Source: Candidatus Caldarchaeum sp. (GTDB lineage Archaea > Thermoproteota > Nitrososphaeria_A > Caldarchaeales > Caldarchaeaceae). Taken from it: 64,000 nt of DNA. Of the stretch, positions 9,443-18,720 are shown piece after piece; positions within the stretch are counted from its first letter, which is position 1; each line of letters opens with the position of its first letter. The position numbers and the translations under genes were made by a program. Below the pieces are notes generated by a model. It was given only the letters and a program-made list of their open reading frames with translations, did no database searches and was not told the origin of the DNA. The stretch covers positions 505 through 64,504 of the forward strand of contig JAWAFZ010000005.1 in assembly GCA_038890155.1 (NCBI GenBank), in the 5' to 3' direction.

Positions 9443-10444
9443 TTATTTTCCTTCCTGCAGGTCTTCGACGCCTCTCTCGGTGATTTTGAAGTATGCTTCG
9501 GCTGTCGGCGGGTGGTAGGGGCTGTCTATGATGCGGGCGAGTCGTGTGTTGTTGGCTGCTCTCCGGATGAAGATGCGGTATGTGCTGCTGTGGGCTAGTA
9601 CGTGGCCTCCGCTGGGTTTGTTGGGGTCGCCGAAGAACTGGTCGGGGTTGGCTTGGACTTGATTGGTCACGACGACGGCTACGTTGTGGACTTGGGCTGT
9701 GCGGAGAATCCTGTGAAGCAGGTCGTTCAACCGCTGCTGCCTCTCAGCCAACGTCCCACGCCCCACGTACTCGGCCCTGAAGTGTGAGATGATCGAGTCG
9801 ACGACGACAAGCCGCGCCTTGTACTTCTCGATGTACCGGCCAAGCTCCTTGACCGTGAGCTGTAGATGACTGGAGTTGTAGACGCTGGCGAATATTACGT
9901 TCTCCAGTATCTTCTGCGGGTCGAGGCCACGAGCCTCAGCTATCTGGCTTACTCTCTCAGGCCTGAACGTTGCCTCCGTGTCGATGTAGATGGCCGTGCC
10001 CTCAAGCCCTCCCTGCTGGCGTGGAAGCTGCGTCATAACACAAAGCGTGTGGCAGAGCTGGGTTTTGCCGCTGCCGTACTCGCCTATCAGCTCCGTGATA
10101 GCCTGCGTCTCCACACCACCGCCCAGCATCGAGTCGATGGCGTTCGACCCCGTGGTAACCCTCTGCATGGCCTTCCTCCTCTCCAAAACCTCCGTGGCCG
10201 GGACGAACTCCTTGTCGAGGAAGCCGCTCTCGATGAGCAGAAGCCGCGCCTTGAGACACAGCTCCTCAGCCTTCTCAGAGCTCAGCCCAATCTCCACAAG
10301 CTCCCTAGGCGTAGCAGCCGCCAAGTCCAGCACCGACGTTATTCCGGCGGCGTTGAGCTTCTCCTCCGTCGCCTTGCCCACGCCCTCGACGCTCTGAAGG
10401 TCGAAGACATCCAGCTCCTTCTCAGCCGCTTTCTTAACCACCAT
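9443..10444 (-). CDS. radA: DNA repair and recombination protein RadA
   Basis: N-terminal HhH domain (VEGVGKATEEKLNAAGI). Walker A GEYGSGKTQ. Walker B region ARLVVVDSI. 333 aa. Confidence 0.95.
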   Translation of the reverse strand: MVVKKAAEKELDVFDLQSVEGVGKATEEKLNAAGITSVLDLAAATPRELVEIGLSSEKAEELCLKARLLLIESGFLDKEFVPATEVLERRKAMQRVTTGSNAIDSMLGGGVETQAITELIGEYGSGKTQLCHTLCVMTQLPRQQGGLEGTAIYIDTEATFRPERVSQIAEARGLDPQKILENVIFASVYNSSHLQLTVKELGRYIEKYKARLVVVDSIISHFRAEYVGRGTLAERQQRLNDLLHRILRTAQVHNVAVVVTNQVQANPDQFFGDPNKPSGGHVLAHSSTYRIFIRRAANNTRLARIIDSPYHPPTAEAYFKITERGVEDLQEGK

Positions 10445-10513
10445 GGCTGTTCGAGCTTCTACCGGTTTGGGAGGTTTATAAAATGTGGCGGCCTCCGTGC
10501 GGGGGGGAGGGGG

Positions 10514-11137
10514 TCAGACAGCCTCCGCCAAAACCAGACGATGTCCCAACGCCCTCTTCAAAGCTTTTGCGATGGAGAAGCAGAGTGGAACGAGGTAGAG
10601 CGCTGCTAGGGCGTTGAAAGCCGCCGTGAAGCCTGTTATGAGCGTTGCGACGGCGAGGTCGGAGTCGACCACGTAGCCGGCTGTGGACAGCACTCTTTTG
10701 CCGAAAGGCAGGTAGATGGTGGGGAAGAGCAGGTAGTAGAGGGCGAAGGTTATCGGAGCCATGACTCCAGCCCTAGTCAAAACCGCCATGGCTGTTGCGG
10801 ACGCTGTCTGGGCTTTTCCAAACCTCTTGGAGATTCTCGTGCCCAAGTAGACGCCGAGGAAAGTGGCCAGCACTGCGGTCAGCTTCATAAGCTGCGGGAT
10901 GGGCGGAGGGGCGAATACTCCTTGGGCGGTTATCACTAGCCCGTACCAGTGGGCGAGGGCTGTTATCAGGCCGTACTTCCATCCGAAGATGATGAACGAC
11001 AGCAGGTCCGGTATCTCGGCTAGGTCGAAGCGTAGGAACGGCAGAAGCGGGAAAGGTATGCTGGCCGGCGCTAGCCCCATCACGTAGGCCAAGGCCGCGA
11101 AAGACGATGCTCCTGCTAGATTTTTCACCTTATTCAT
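10514..11137 (-). CDS. Multi-pass membrane protein, ECF-transporter S-component-like
   Basis: 207 aa with ~6 TM segments. LRFDLAEIPDLLSFIIFGWKYG resembles the S-component 'fDLsdiP.ll..lfGp' signature. Confidence 0.4.
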   Translation of the reverse strand: MNKVKNLAGASSFAALAYVMGLAPASIPFPLLPFLRFDLAEIPDLLSFIIFGWKYGLITALAHWYGLVITAQGVFAPPPIPQLMKLTAVLATFLGVYLGTRISKRFGKAQTASATAMAVLTRAGVMAPITFALYYLLFPTIYLPFGKRVLSTAGYVVDSDLAVATLITGFTAAFNALAALYLVPLCFSIAKALKRALGHRLVLAEAV

Positions 11138-11208
11138 ATGGATAGGTTGTTTTTTCGGTAGAATATAAGTATGATTTTTCGTGAAAATAGGTTAACTTTT
11201 TAGTAAAA

Positions 11209-11514
11209 TTATTTCTTCACTACTATCTCCCTTCCCAGAGAAACAGCCCTATCGAAGACGGCGGGAGACCTCGGAGCAACAACCCTCGAACGCCCCACCT
11301 CATAGATAGTGACGAGCCCCGCTTTCTCGAGCGTCTTGACGTGTTTGTATGCTAGGGCATACCTTGTCTTGGTAAGCTTGGCTACAGCCTTGATGTGGAG
11401 CGGGCGGTCGCTCGTCGAGACGACTTTCAGCATCTTGAGCCTTAGCGGGTTGCCGAGAGCCGAGAAGACTTCAGACAGCTCTTTCAACGCTTCGTCGTCA
11501 ACGTCTTCCGCCAT
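11209..11514 (-). CDS. Winged-helix transcriptional regulator (ArsR/SmtB-like)
   Basis: 101 aa. SALGNPLRLKMLKVV...LHIKAVAKLTKTRYALAYKHVKTLEKAGLV is an HTH/wing pattern. Confidence 0.6.
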   Translation of the reverse strand: MAEDVDDEALKELSEVFSALGNPLRLKMLKVVSTSDRPLHIKAVAKLTKTRYALAYKHVKTLEKAGLVTIYEVGRSRVVAPRSPAVFDRAVSLGREIVVKK

Positions 11515-11550
11515 GTCAGAACCTAACAGTCAGCGCTTGCATGTAAACCT

Positions 11551-14280
11551 TTATTGTTTCATCATGCTCCTCAGGACGTACTGGAGTATTCCTCCGTGCC
11601 TGTAGTACTCGACCTCTATGCTGGTGTCCAGCCGCGCCGTGGCCCTGAAGACCGTAGTTCCGCCGTTCCTGTCAACCGCCTTGACTGTCAGCTTCTTCTT
11701 GGGATGCAGGCCCTCGGCTATGCCTGTTATGCTGTAAACCTCCGACCCGTTCAGCCCAAGCTGGCGCCAGCCCTCTCCCTCCTCAAACTGCATCGGCAGC
11801 ACGCCCATTCCAACCAAGTTGCTGCGATGAATCCTTTCGAAGCTCTCAGCTATCACCGCCTTCACGCCGAGGAGCATGGTTCCCTTCGCCGCCCAGTCCC
11901 TCGAGCTGCCGGCGCCGTACATCTTACCTGCCAGAACAATGAGAGGCGTCTTTTCAGCCATGTATCTCGTGGCGGCGTCGTAGATGGTCGCAACCTCGCC
12001 CGTAGGATGGTAGACCGTCCACCAGCCCTCTTTGCCCTCGACGAGATGGTTTTTGAGCCTTATGTTCCCGAACGTTCCCCGGATCATAACCTCGTGGTTG
12101 CCTCTCCGGGCTCCGTAGGTGTTGAACTCCTGCGGAGAAACGTTCCTGTCCATCAAGTACCTGCCAGCCGGGCTGGTCGGAGGGATGGCGCCGGCCGGAG
12201 ATATGTGGTCTGTCGTCACCCTGTCGCCGAGAAGCACCAGCACTCTCGCGTTCACGATGTCTTTGAACGGCGCCGGCTCGAGACTAAGGTTTTCAAAGTA
12301 CGGAGGCTCCCTTATGTAGGTTGAGGAGCTGTCCCATGCGAAGGCTTGGCCCGGCGGAGGGCTGAGCCTCTCCCACCTCTGCTCACCCTTAAGGATGTCG
12401 GCGTACTTCCGGATGAATATCTCGGGGCTGAGGGCTTCTGCGACCGCCTGCTTAATCTCCTCCAGTCTCGGCCAGATGTCCCTCAAGTAGACAGGAGCAC
12501 CTCCAGAGCCGACGCCTAACGGCTCGTTCAACAAGTCTACGTCGATTCTCCCAGCTAGCCCGTAGGCAACGACGAGCATCGGGGACATCAGGTAGCTAGC
12601 CCTTACCAGCGGGTTTATCCTCCCCTCGAAGTTCCTGTTCCCGCTGAGCACGGCCACGGTGTACAGGTTATTGGACCTGATCTCCTTAGCCACTTCTTCC
12701 GGCAGAGGCCCGCTGTTGCCTATGCAAGTTGTGCAGCCGTACCCTACCAAGTGGTAGCCAAGCTTTTCGAGGTAAGGCGTCAGCCCAGCCTTCTCCAAGT
12801 ACTCCACGACTGCGGTCGAGCCGGGGGCTAGGCTTGTTTTGACGTAGGGTTTTCTCGCTAGGCCCTTCTCGACGGCTTTCTTGGCTAGAAGTCCCGCTCC
12901 AACCATTACCGACGGGTTGGAGGTGTTGGTGCAGCTGGTTATCGCAGCGATGACAACCGACCCGTGGCTCAGCCCGTCCCCCGAAGCCTCCATCCTCCTA
13001 GACACTTGAGCTGTCTGGGTCCTCGGTCCTCCTCCCTCGTAATGCCAGGCCCCTGTATTCTCAGCTTGGACGGCTTGGCCGGCCTGCTTGAGATACTCCT
13101 CGATAAGCTGTCTTGTCCTCTTCTTGGCTTCACGCAGGGGAATTCTGTCCTCTGGGTTGGCTGGCCCTGCGATCGACGGCTCCACGGTTGAGAGGTCCAG
13201 CTCGACCACGGTTGTGTAGGCGGGGGTCGTCGACGGGTCGAAGAAAAGGCCTTGAAGCTTCGAGTAATGTTCGACTAGCTTGATGTGTTTCTCGCTCCTG
13301 CCTGTAAGCCGTAGGTAGTTCAGGGTTTCGTCGTCTACTGGGAAGTAGCCTATTGTTGCGCCGTACTCGGGGGCCATGTTGGCTATTGTGGCTCTGTCGG
13401 GCACGCTGAGCTTATACAGGCTGGGGCCGAAGAACTCGACGAACTTGCCGACGACGCCCAGCTTTCTCAGCATCTCGGTGATTGTGAGGACTAGGTCGGT
13501 GGCGGTCGTGCCTTCACGCAGCTCCCCCACAAGCTTCACACCTACAACCTCGGGCGTCTGCATGTAGTACGGCTGGCCGAGCATCACCGCCTCAGCCTCG
13601 ATGCCTCCAACACCCCACCCCACCACGCCCATTCCGTTAACCATCGGCGTGTGGGAGTCTGTGCCCAGCACGGTGTCGGGGAAAGCCGTTAACCCTTCCC
13701 CATCCACTCGTGCGTCAACAACCCTTGCCAAGTACTCTAGGTTGACCTGATGAACTATTCCACGGCCCGGCGGCACGACTCTGAAGTTGCTGAAAGCCTG
13801 CTGAGCCCATTTGAGGAACATGTACCGCTCCTCGTTCCTCTCAAACTCCCTCTCAAGGTTGAGAACAAAAGCCTCTGGAACACCGAAGTAGTCTACTTGG
13901 ATGGAGTGGTCTACAACAAGGTCGACGGGGATCGATGGGTTTACTTTGGACGGGTCTCCCCCTGCTCTGGACATCGCTGACCTCATCGCAGCCAAGTCTA
14001 CCAAGGCGGGGATGCCCGTGAAGTCTTGCAGGAGGACTCTAGTTGGCTTGAAAGGTATTTCACGGCTTCCGCCGTCTCGGTAGGATGCCGCAGCCTTGAC
14101 GTCTTCGTCAGTTATCAAAACGCCGTCGGCATTCCTCAGCACGTTCTCGACAAGCACTTTGATGCTGTAAGGTAGTTTGCTGAGCTTGAAGACCCCAGCC
14201 TCCTCGAGCTTGGCGAGCGAGTAGTAAGCGTAATCCTGTCCCTCCAGCTTGAAGCTGCTAAACACATCCTGCTTCAGCAA
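11551..14280 (-). CDS. acnA: Aconitate hydratase (AcnA/IRP type)
   Basis: 909 aa. Cluster-binding Cys residues (SCTNTSN..., GCTTCIGNSG). VLAESFERIHRSN near the C-terminus. Confidence 0.9.
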   Translation of the reverse strand: MLKQDVFSSFKLEGQDYAYYSLAKLEEAGVFKLSKLPYSIKVLVENVLRNADGVLITDEDVKAAASYRDGGSREIPFKPTRVLLQDFTGIPALVDLAAMRSAMSRAGGDPSKVNPSIPVDLVVDHSIQVDYFGVPEAFVLNLEREFERNEERYMFLKWAQQAFSNFRVVPPGRGIVHQVNLEYLARVVDARVDGEGLTAFPDTVLGTDSHTPMVNGMGVVGWGVGGIEAEAVMLGQPYYMQTPEVVGVKLVGELREGTTATDLVLTITEMLRKLGVVGKFVEFFGPSLYKLSVPDRATIANMAPEYGATIGYFPVDDETLNYLRLTGRSEKHIKLVEHYSKLQGLFFDPSTTPAYTTVVELDLSTVEPSIAGPANPEDRIPLREAKKRTRQLIEEYLKQAGQAVQAENTGAWHYEGGGPRTQTAQVSRRMEASGDGLSHGSVVIAAITSCTNTSNPSVMVGAGLLAKKAVEKGLARKPYVKTSLAPGSTAVVEYLEKAGLTPYLEKLGYHLVGYGCTTCIGNSGPLPEEVAKEIRSNNLYTVAVLSGNRNFEGRINPLVRASYLMSPMLVVAYGLAGRIDVDLLNEPLGVGSGGAPVYLRDIWPRLEEIKQAVAEALSPEIFIRKYADILKGEQRWERLSPPPGQAFAWDSSSTYIREPPYFENLSLEPAPFKDIVNARVLVLLGDRVTTDHISPAGAIPPTSPAGRYLMDRNVSPQEFNTYGARRGNHEVMIRGTFGNIRLKNHLVEGKEGWWTVYHPTGEVATIYDAATRYMAEKTPLIVLAGKMYGAGSSRDWAAKGTMLLGVKAVIAESFERIHRSNLVGMGVLPMQFEEGEGWRQLGLNGSEVYSITGIAEGLHPKKKLTVKAVDRNGGTTVFRATARLDTSIEVEYYRHGGILQYVLRSMMKQ

Positions 14281-14326
14281 ACACCATCACTGGTCTCTCC
14301 CCTTTCCTACCACTTATTAAACTAGT

Positions 14327-14668
14327 TCAGCGTGGTTTCTCCTGCTGCTGCTTCTTCATGAGGTCTTCGAGCGTAAAGGTCGCCGGAGCCGTTGATGTTT
14401 TGGTCGCAGGCTTCTCCTCAACGACCACTTGCAGCAGGCTTATCTTGAAGAGTTTCTCGAGGCGTTTCACGAGGTCAAGCGGAGGGTTGAACTCGCCCTG
14501 CTCGATCTTCTTTATTATCGTCTCCTTGGTTTTGACGAGGTTCGCCAGCTCAGCCTGCGAGAGACCCATCTTCTCCCTCTCCCTCCTCACCACCCGACCC
14601 AAGTCGTCGATGTACTCGTACTCTACTTCAACGTCTTTACCAGAACGAGCGGGCTTAGCCATGTGCAT
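14327..14668 (-). CDS. XRE/cro-C1-type HTH protein, MBF1-like C-terminal domain without an N-terminal zinc ribbon
   Basis: REKMGLSQAELANLVKTKETIIKKIEQGEFNPPLDLVKRLEKLF matches the MBF1 HTH. There are no Cys residues, and an upstream in-frame stop precludes extension. Confidence 0.6.
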   Translation of the reverse strand: MHMAKPARSGKDVEVEYEYIDDLGRVVRREREKMGLSQAELANLVKTKETIIKKIEQGEFNPPLDLVKRLEKLFKISLLQVVVEEKPATKTSTAPATFTLEDLMKKQQQEKPR

Positions 14669-14698
14669 TCAGTTGTATCGACAGAGTTTAAGTTTTTC

Positions 14699-15376
14699 CT
14701 AAATCATCAGCTGCTCAGCCATGCAGAGGACTCTCGAGACAACCGTCCAAGCCTCCAGCGGCTTGCGGTGTATCGACACCTTCACATCGGCCATCTCCTC
14801 AGTCTCTCTCATAAAGCCTCCGTGTGGAAAACCGCCGACAATCACCAGCGGCCTTCCATCCCTCAGCAAAGACTGAAAACGAACGGGGCTGAAGACCTCG
14901 CCCCTCTCCGTCATCAAAACCTTCAGAGAGGGCTGAAGCCTATCGACGAGCTGCTTCAGCGAAGCCCTTTCCAAGCTGAGCAGCCTCGTTCCCAACGACG
15001 ACACCACCTCGCCTTCTTCGAGCAGCTGTTCGACCAGCCCCTTGAACCTTTCGTAGACTCTCGGCAGCCTTACCGAGGGGTTGACGTGAACGATGAACCC
15101 GTCCCGTGTAGCTACGTAGGTCTCTAACAAACCGTTGAGGTTGAGTGGAGACCCCAAGGCCTCCAATAAGCTGAAATGAACTATGTCGGGTCTTCCACGC
15201 TTCTCCGCCTCCTGCAGGTTTTTCATCGCCCAGTGGTGGTAGGACCTGTCCAGCAGGATCTTCGACGGGTTTTTGCCAAGCCTCTCGGCGTGCCTCAACA
15301 CGGCTGGGTGTCTCTGGATCTCGGGGGGCACTATCTCTATGGCTGACTCGGCTAAAACAAGCAGAAGCTTCTCCAA
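14699..15376 (-). CDS. nep1: Ribosomal RNA small-subunit methyltransferase Nep1 (Emg1)
   Basis: LVLAESAIEIVPPEI..., RPDIVHFSLL, and overall SPOUT-fold pattern of archaeal Nep1. Confidence 0.8.
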   Translation of the reverse strand: MEKLLLVLAESAIEIVPPEIQRHPAVLRHAERLGKNPSKILLDRSYHHWAMKNLQEAEKRGRPDIVHFSLLEALGSPLNLNGLLETYVATRDGFIVHVNPSVRLPRVYERFKGLVEQLLEEGEVVSSLGTRLLSLERASLKQLVDRLQPSLKVLMTERGEVFSPVRFQSLLRDGRPLVIVGGFPHGGFMRETEEMADVKVSIHRKPLEAWTVVSRVLCMAEQLMI

Positions 15377-15419
15377 CGAGGATAAGCATAAACAAAGGCT
15401 GGAATAAACATTTGGAGCT

Positions 15420-15713
15420 TTGTCAAGGAGGAGTCAGCTGAACCACGTCAGAAAGGCTTTGGAATTCGCGGCCAAGACCTATCACGCCGACCCCGAGAGA
15501 GCTAGGAAAGCTGTTAGGCTCGCCATCAAGCTTTGCCAGAAGAACAGGCTCCGGCTTCCCGTGGATCTTAGGAGAAGGTTTTGCAGGAGATGCGCAACCC
15601 CCTTTGTGGGACCAACTACTTTCTCGGTCAGGGTTAGGAGTAGGAGGTCTCCGCACGTGGTCGTTTGTTGCCGTGTGTGCGGTCACGTTAGGAGATATTT
15701 GATAAAAAAGTGA
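15420..15713 (+). CDS. rnp4: RNase P protein component 4 (Rpp21/Rpr2)
   Basis: Helical N-terminus RKALEFAAKTYHADPERARKAVRLAIKLCQKNRLRLP plus C-terminal zinc ribbon CRRC...CCRVCGH. Confidence 0.75.
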   Translation: MSRRSQLNHVRKALEFAAKTYHADPERARKAVRLAIKLCQKNRLRLPVDLRRRFCRRCATPFVGPTTFSVRVRSRRSPHVVVCCRVCGHVRRYLIKK

Positions 15714-15720
15714 GAGGTGT

Positions 15721-17208
15721 TTAGGTTTTCCTTCCCGATGCTCGGCTTATTACTATTGCCGGGCTGCATGCGCCGATGAACAGTGTGGTTAGAACAACCG
15801 CGGAGCTGGCGACGGCCATCATCAAGGGGTGGTAGAAGGAAAGGGCAGCGGCAAACAGGCACAGAGCACCGACCAACATTAGTAGCACGTGTCTAACCCT
15901 AATCCCCGTCCTGACTTTCAGAAACATCCGCACAGCCATCAGCGGCAGCGATAGGTAGACAACCCCCAACAAGAACGAAGCCGTCAAGCCGGCGACTAGA
16001 ACCGCCAGCTCCGGGTTGACAGCGGTCAGCGGGGATGCCGTAGCCTGGGACAGGTGAAGAACTCCAAGCAGCGGGTATATGGAGTACTTGACCAACGTCC
16101 TGAAGCCTTGGTTAGCGTACTCGGCCTCAGCCACGGCCGGGCTCCAAGAGTAGTAAAACGCGTTGAACACGTCCATGAACGTCCTTCCGGCGAAGGTCTG
16201 CAAGACGAAGCCGTCTCTAAACTGTCTAAGCGTTTGAACCGAGGGGTCAAGCTCCGAGCCAAAGGCTGCGGTCGCAATCAAACATCTGGAGGTTAAGCCA
16301 CCCTGAACAGTAACCGTTTGCAATATGACTGTGGGCTGGACTTGTGTAACTGTGTTGGTTATGGTTTGGGTTGCTGTTTCAACTCTCGTTACAGGAGATT
16401 GAACGGTCTGCGTCGTTGTCTGGATGAGTGTCGTGGGCGATGTCTCAACTCTGGTAGTTGTCGCTGTCGTTGCTGTTGAGACAGTTGTGGTCTGTGTCAG
16501 TGTGGCGGTTGTTCCCGTGGCTATGGTTGTTGTTGCAGTGGTTGTCTGAGTTGTGGTGGTGGTTTGTCTAACCGTGGTGGTGGAAACTAATCCAACTCTA
16601 GCAGTAATCCAAATTCTTGACCAAGCAACCCAGTCTTGGGCAGAAGTTTCGCCAGCCATGGCTATCAAAGCTATCTCGTATGAGTTTCCACGCGTCTCTG
16701 GAGGCAGGTCTACGGTGAACTCCCTTACACCGCCAGCATAAGTTATTTCTTGGTTGAGCAACGGTATTATGGTCGGCGGGCTGGATCCCGGGACGACGAG
16801 GTTTATTTGCACAGTGGCCCTTCCGGCTGAAGCTCCCTGGCGAAAGCCTACGGCTACTATCAGCCTCGCACCGCTAGCAGGAACATACACTGGGACACGA
16901 TACCGCCCCTCGATAAGGCCGTTATCAACCCATTTGGGGTGAGTCTCAAGAACCCAGCTATGCACACGCCCGTCGTTGAGAACATCGTTAAGGTGGTATC
17001 TCACATGCCCGATTGGGTCTGGGTCGGTTCCGAACGGTATCGTGGTATAGTCAGAGCAAGTTGGCAGAGTACACGTCGCCCAAACGGTTAGCGGGTCGTT
17101 GGCTCTAGAAATCAGGTTGTATATGGCTATCTCCTCCTGCGAAAAGACAACGGGTAGAGCAGCGGCTAATGCTATTAAGCATGAAGCTGCGAGAGCTATG
17201 TATTTCAT
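15721..17208 (-). CDS. Secreted Thr-rich glycoprotein-like protein with a C-terminal Cys-motif and multi-TM region
   Basis: Signal peptide MKYIALAASCLIALAAALPVVFSQ. A ~190-aa globular domain is followed by a ~90-aa Thr/Gln/Val linker (TTTVRQTTTTTQTTTATTT...). Then comes CLIATAAFGSELDPSVQTLRQFRD and 3-4 predicted TM helices. Start chosen at the internal MKY because a TATA box sits ~29 nt upstream. Confidence 0.65.
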   Translation of the reverse strand: MKYIALAASCLIALAAALPVVFSQEEIAIYNLISRANDPLTVWATCTLPTCSDYTTIPFGTDPDPIGHVRYHLNDVLNDGRVHSWVLETHPKWVDNGLIEGRYRVPVYVPASGARLIVAVGFRQGASAGRATVQINLVVPGSSPPTIIPLLNQEITYAGGVREFTVDLPPETRGNSYEIALIAMAGETSAQDWVAWSRIWITARVGLVSTTTVRQTTTTTQTTTATTTIATGTTATLTQTTTVSTATTATTTRVETSPTTLIQTTTQTVQSPVTRVETATQTITNTVTQVQPTVILQTVTVQGGLTSRCLIATAAFGSELDPSVQTLRQFRDGFVLQTFAGRTFMDVFNAFYYSWSPAVAEAEYANQGFRTLVKYSIYPLLGVLHLSQATASPLTAVNPELAVLVAGLTASFLLGVVYLSLPLMAVRMFLKVRTGIRVRHVLLMLVGALCLFAAALSFYHPLMMAVASSAVVLTTLFIGACSPAIVISRASGRKT

Positions 17209-17230
17209 AACAATTTGCAGCTTTTCAAAC

Positions 17231-17242
17231 AGTATAAAAATG
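17231..17242 (-). promoter_or_regulatory. TATA-like box (CATTTTTATAC on minus strand) ~29 nt upstream of start 17208
   Basis: A/T-rich box in the correct archaeal position, implying a leaderless mRNA. Confidence 0.35.
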
Positions 17243-17395
17243 TTTCGACGGTTGCCGCCGTCCCCCAACTGCTCTTGACGTGGCGGAACCAGTCAGTCTC
17301 CTCTGAAACGCCGGTCATGATACTATCCCGGCCAACGACGTGATTAAACCATCCAAAAGCATCCTAAAATACGGATTGATGAGTCGTTATCCAGC

Positions 17396-17821
17396 TTGAC
17401 TGACGTCGTTCGAATGGTTGAGCCTGAAAAACTTATCCAGAGAGTAGCGTCTTATCTGAAGAACAACCAGGCGGTTAAGCCGCCCCTGTGGGCCATGTTC
17501 GCCAAAACATCGGTGGCGAGGACGGAGCCGCCGCGCAGCCCCGACTGGTGGTTTGTCAGAGCCGCGTCCATGCTGAGAAAGCTCTACGTCAAAGGCCCCC
17601 TCGGCGTATCACGCATGAGGAAGTTCTACGGAGGTAGACATCGTGTTGGGATGATGCCTCCGAGGTTTGCGAGAGGCGGGGGTGCGGCTGTGAGGAAGAT
17701 CATGCAGCAGCTTGAGAAGGCGGGTCTTGTCTCAACCGTTCCGAGAAAGGGGAGGACGCTTACTCCGGCGGGGGTTAAGCTGCTGGAGCAGGCTGCTCGA
17801 AGCCTATTGTCGAAGAAATGA
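17396..17821 (+). CDS. rps19e: 30S ribosomal protein S19e
   Basis: 141 aa. Matches along the length (WW..RAASMLRKLY..GP.GV..MRK.YGG..., ARGGG.IRK.LQQLE..G). Confidence 0.85.
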   Translation: MTDVVRMVEPEKLIQRVASYLKNNQAVKPPLWAMFAKTSVARTEPPRSPDWWFVRAASMLRKLYVKGPLGVSRMRKFYGGRHRVGMMPPRFARGGGAAVRKIMQQLEKAGLVSTVPRKGRTLTPAGVKLLEQAARSLLSKK

Positions 17822-18058
17822 TTAGGAAAGATATCTGAGGAGGAGGTATACGGCTAGCAGGGCTATGATTAGTAGCGGGGAGGTACCTATGTACAAGCCG
17901 TCGAACCTCCATCCAATCAGTAAGAGAGGATTTATCTTATCCACGTCAGCCAGATATCTTGCCACGAACGGCAGCACAAGCAGGGCAAAGCCCAGCAAGA
18001 TGAGCGTCAAACCCAGCAGCGTAGACCAGCCTGTAAAAACATCCTGCTGCATTCTCAT
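17822..18058 (-). CDS. Small two-TM membrane protein
   Basis: 78 aa with two hydrophobic helices. Start overlaps the stop of the upstream phosphoribosyltransferase gene by 4 nt. Confidence 0.3.
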   Translation of the reverse strand: MRMQQDVFTGWSTLLGLTLILLGFALLVLPFVARYLADVDKINPLLLIGWRFDGLYIGTSPLLIIALLAVYLLLRYLS

Positions 18059-18693
18059 TCCCCTCTGTGTCTGTTGAGTACGGAGATAACCTCCTCGTCG
18101 CTGAGCTGCTCAAACCTGTCGTAGAACTGGCCTATTGCGAAGAAGTCGGTAGGCGTCTCCAAGCACACCACTTCGTCGGCTATTCTCTTGAGCTTTTCAA
18201 CGCTTTCTGGCGGAGCGACCGGTATGGCGACCACGACCCTCTCAGCCCCCTTGCTCCGAGCCATGTGCACCGCAGCCTTCATCGTCAAGCCTGTCGCAAG
18301 CCCGTCGTCCACTAACACAACAGTACGTCCCCTGAGGTCCAGCATCGGCCTCCCCATCCTATAGACCTCAGCCCTCCTCCTCGCCTCCCTATTCTCCTCA
18401 GAAGCCGTCTGCCTGATGTATTCCTCTGAAGCTCCGACTATCCGTGCTATCTCGTCGTCGATAAAAATCGTTCCATCCTCCGCAACAGCTCCCACAGCCA
18501 GCTCCGGCTGGCTGGGAGCACCAATCTTCCGCGAAATCACGACGTCCAGCGGGCAGTTGAGGTATTTCGCCACCTCGAACCCCACCACCACACCTCCCCT
18601 GGGTATGGCCAGAACAACGCATTCCCCCTGAACACGCTTCCCCAAGTGTTTAGCCAACCGGCGGCCTGCATCAGCACGGTCGAAGAACAGCAA
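18055..18693 (-). CDS. Type I phosphoribosyltransferase-domain protein
   Basis: PRPP-binding motif VVLVDDGLATGLTMKAAV. N-terminal hood region. 212 aa. Confidence 0.7.
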   Translation of the reverse strand: MLFFDRADAGRRLAKHLGKRVQGECVVLAIPRGGVVVGFEVAKYLNCPLDVVISRKIGAPSQPELAVGAVAEDGTIFIDDEIARIVGASEEYIRQTASEENREARRRAEVYRMGRPMLDLRGRTVVLVDDGLATGLTMKAAVHMARSKGAERVVVAIPVAPPESVEKLKRIADEVVCLETPTDFFAIGQFYDRFEQLSDEEVISVLNRHRGE

Positions 18694-18720
18694 CCCGTCA
18701 ATAATAACGGGCGGATGTTT

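Noticed and set aside
16300-16560. Repetitive ACN/GTN DNA considered as a possible tandem repeat or CRISPR-like array
   Set aside because: It is in-frame coding sequence for the Thr-rich linker of the secreted protein. There are no spacer-repeat periodicities.
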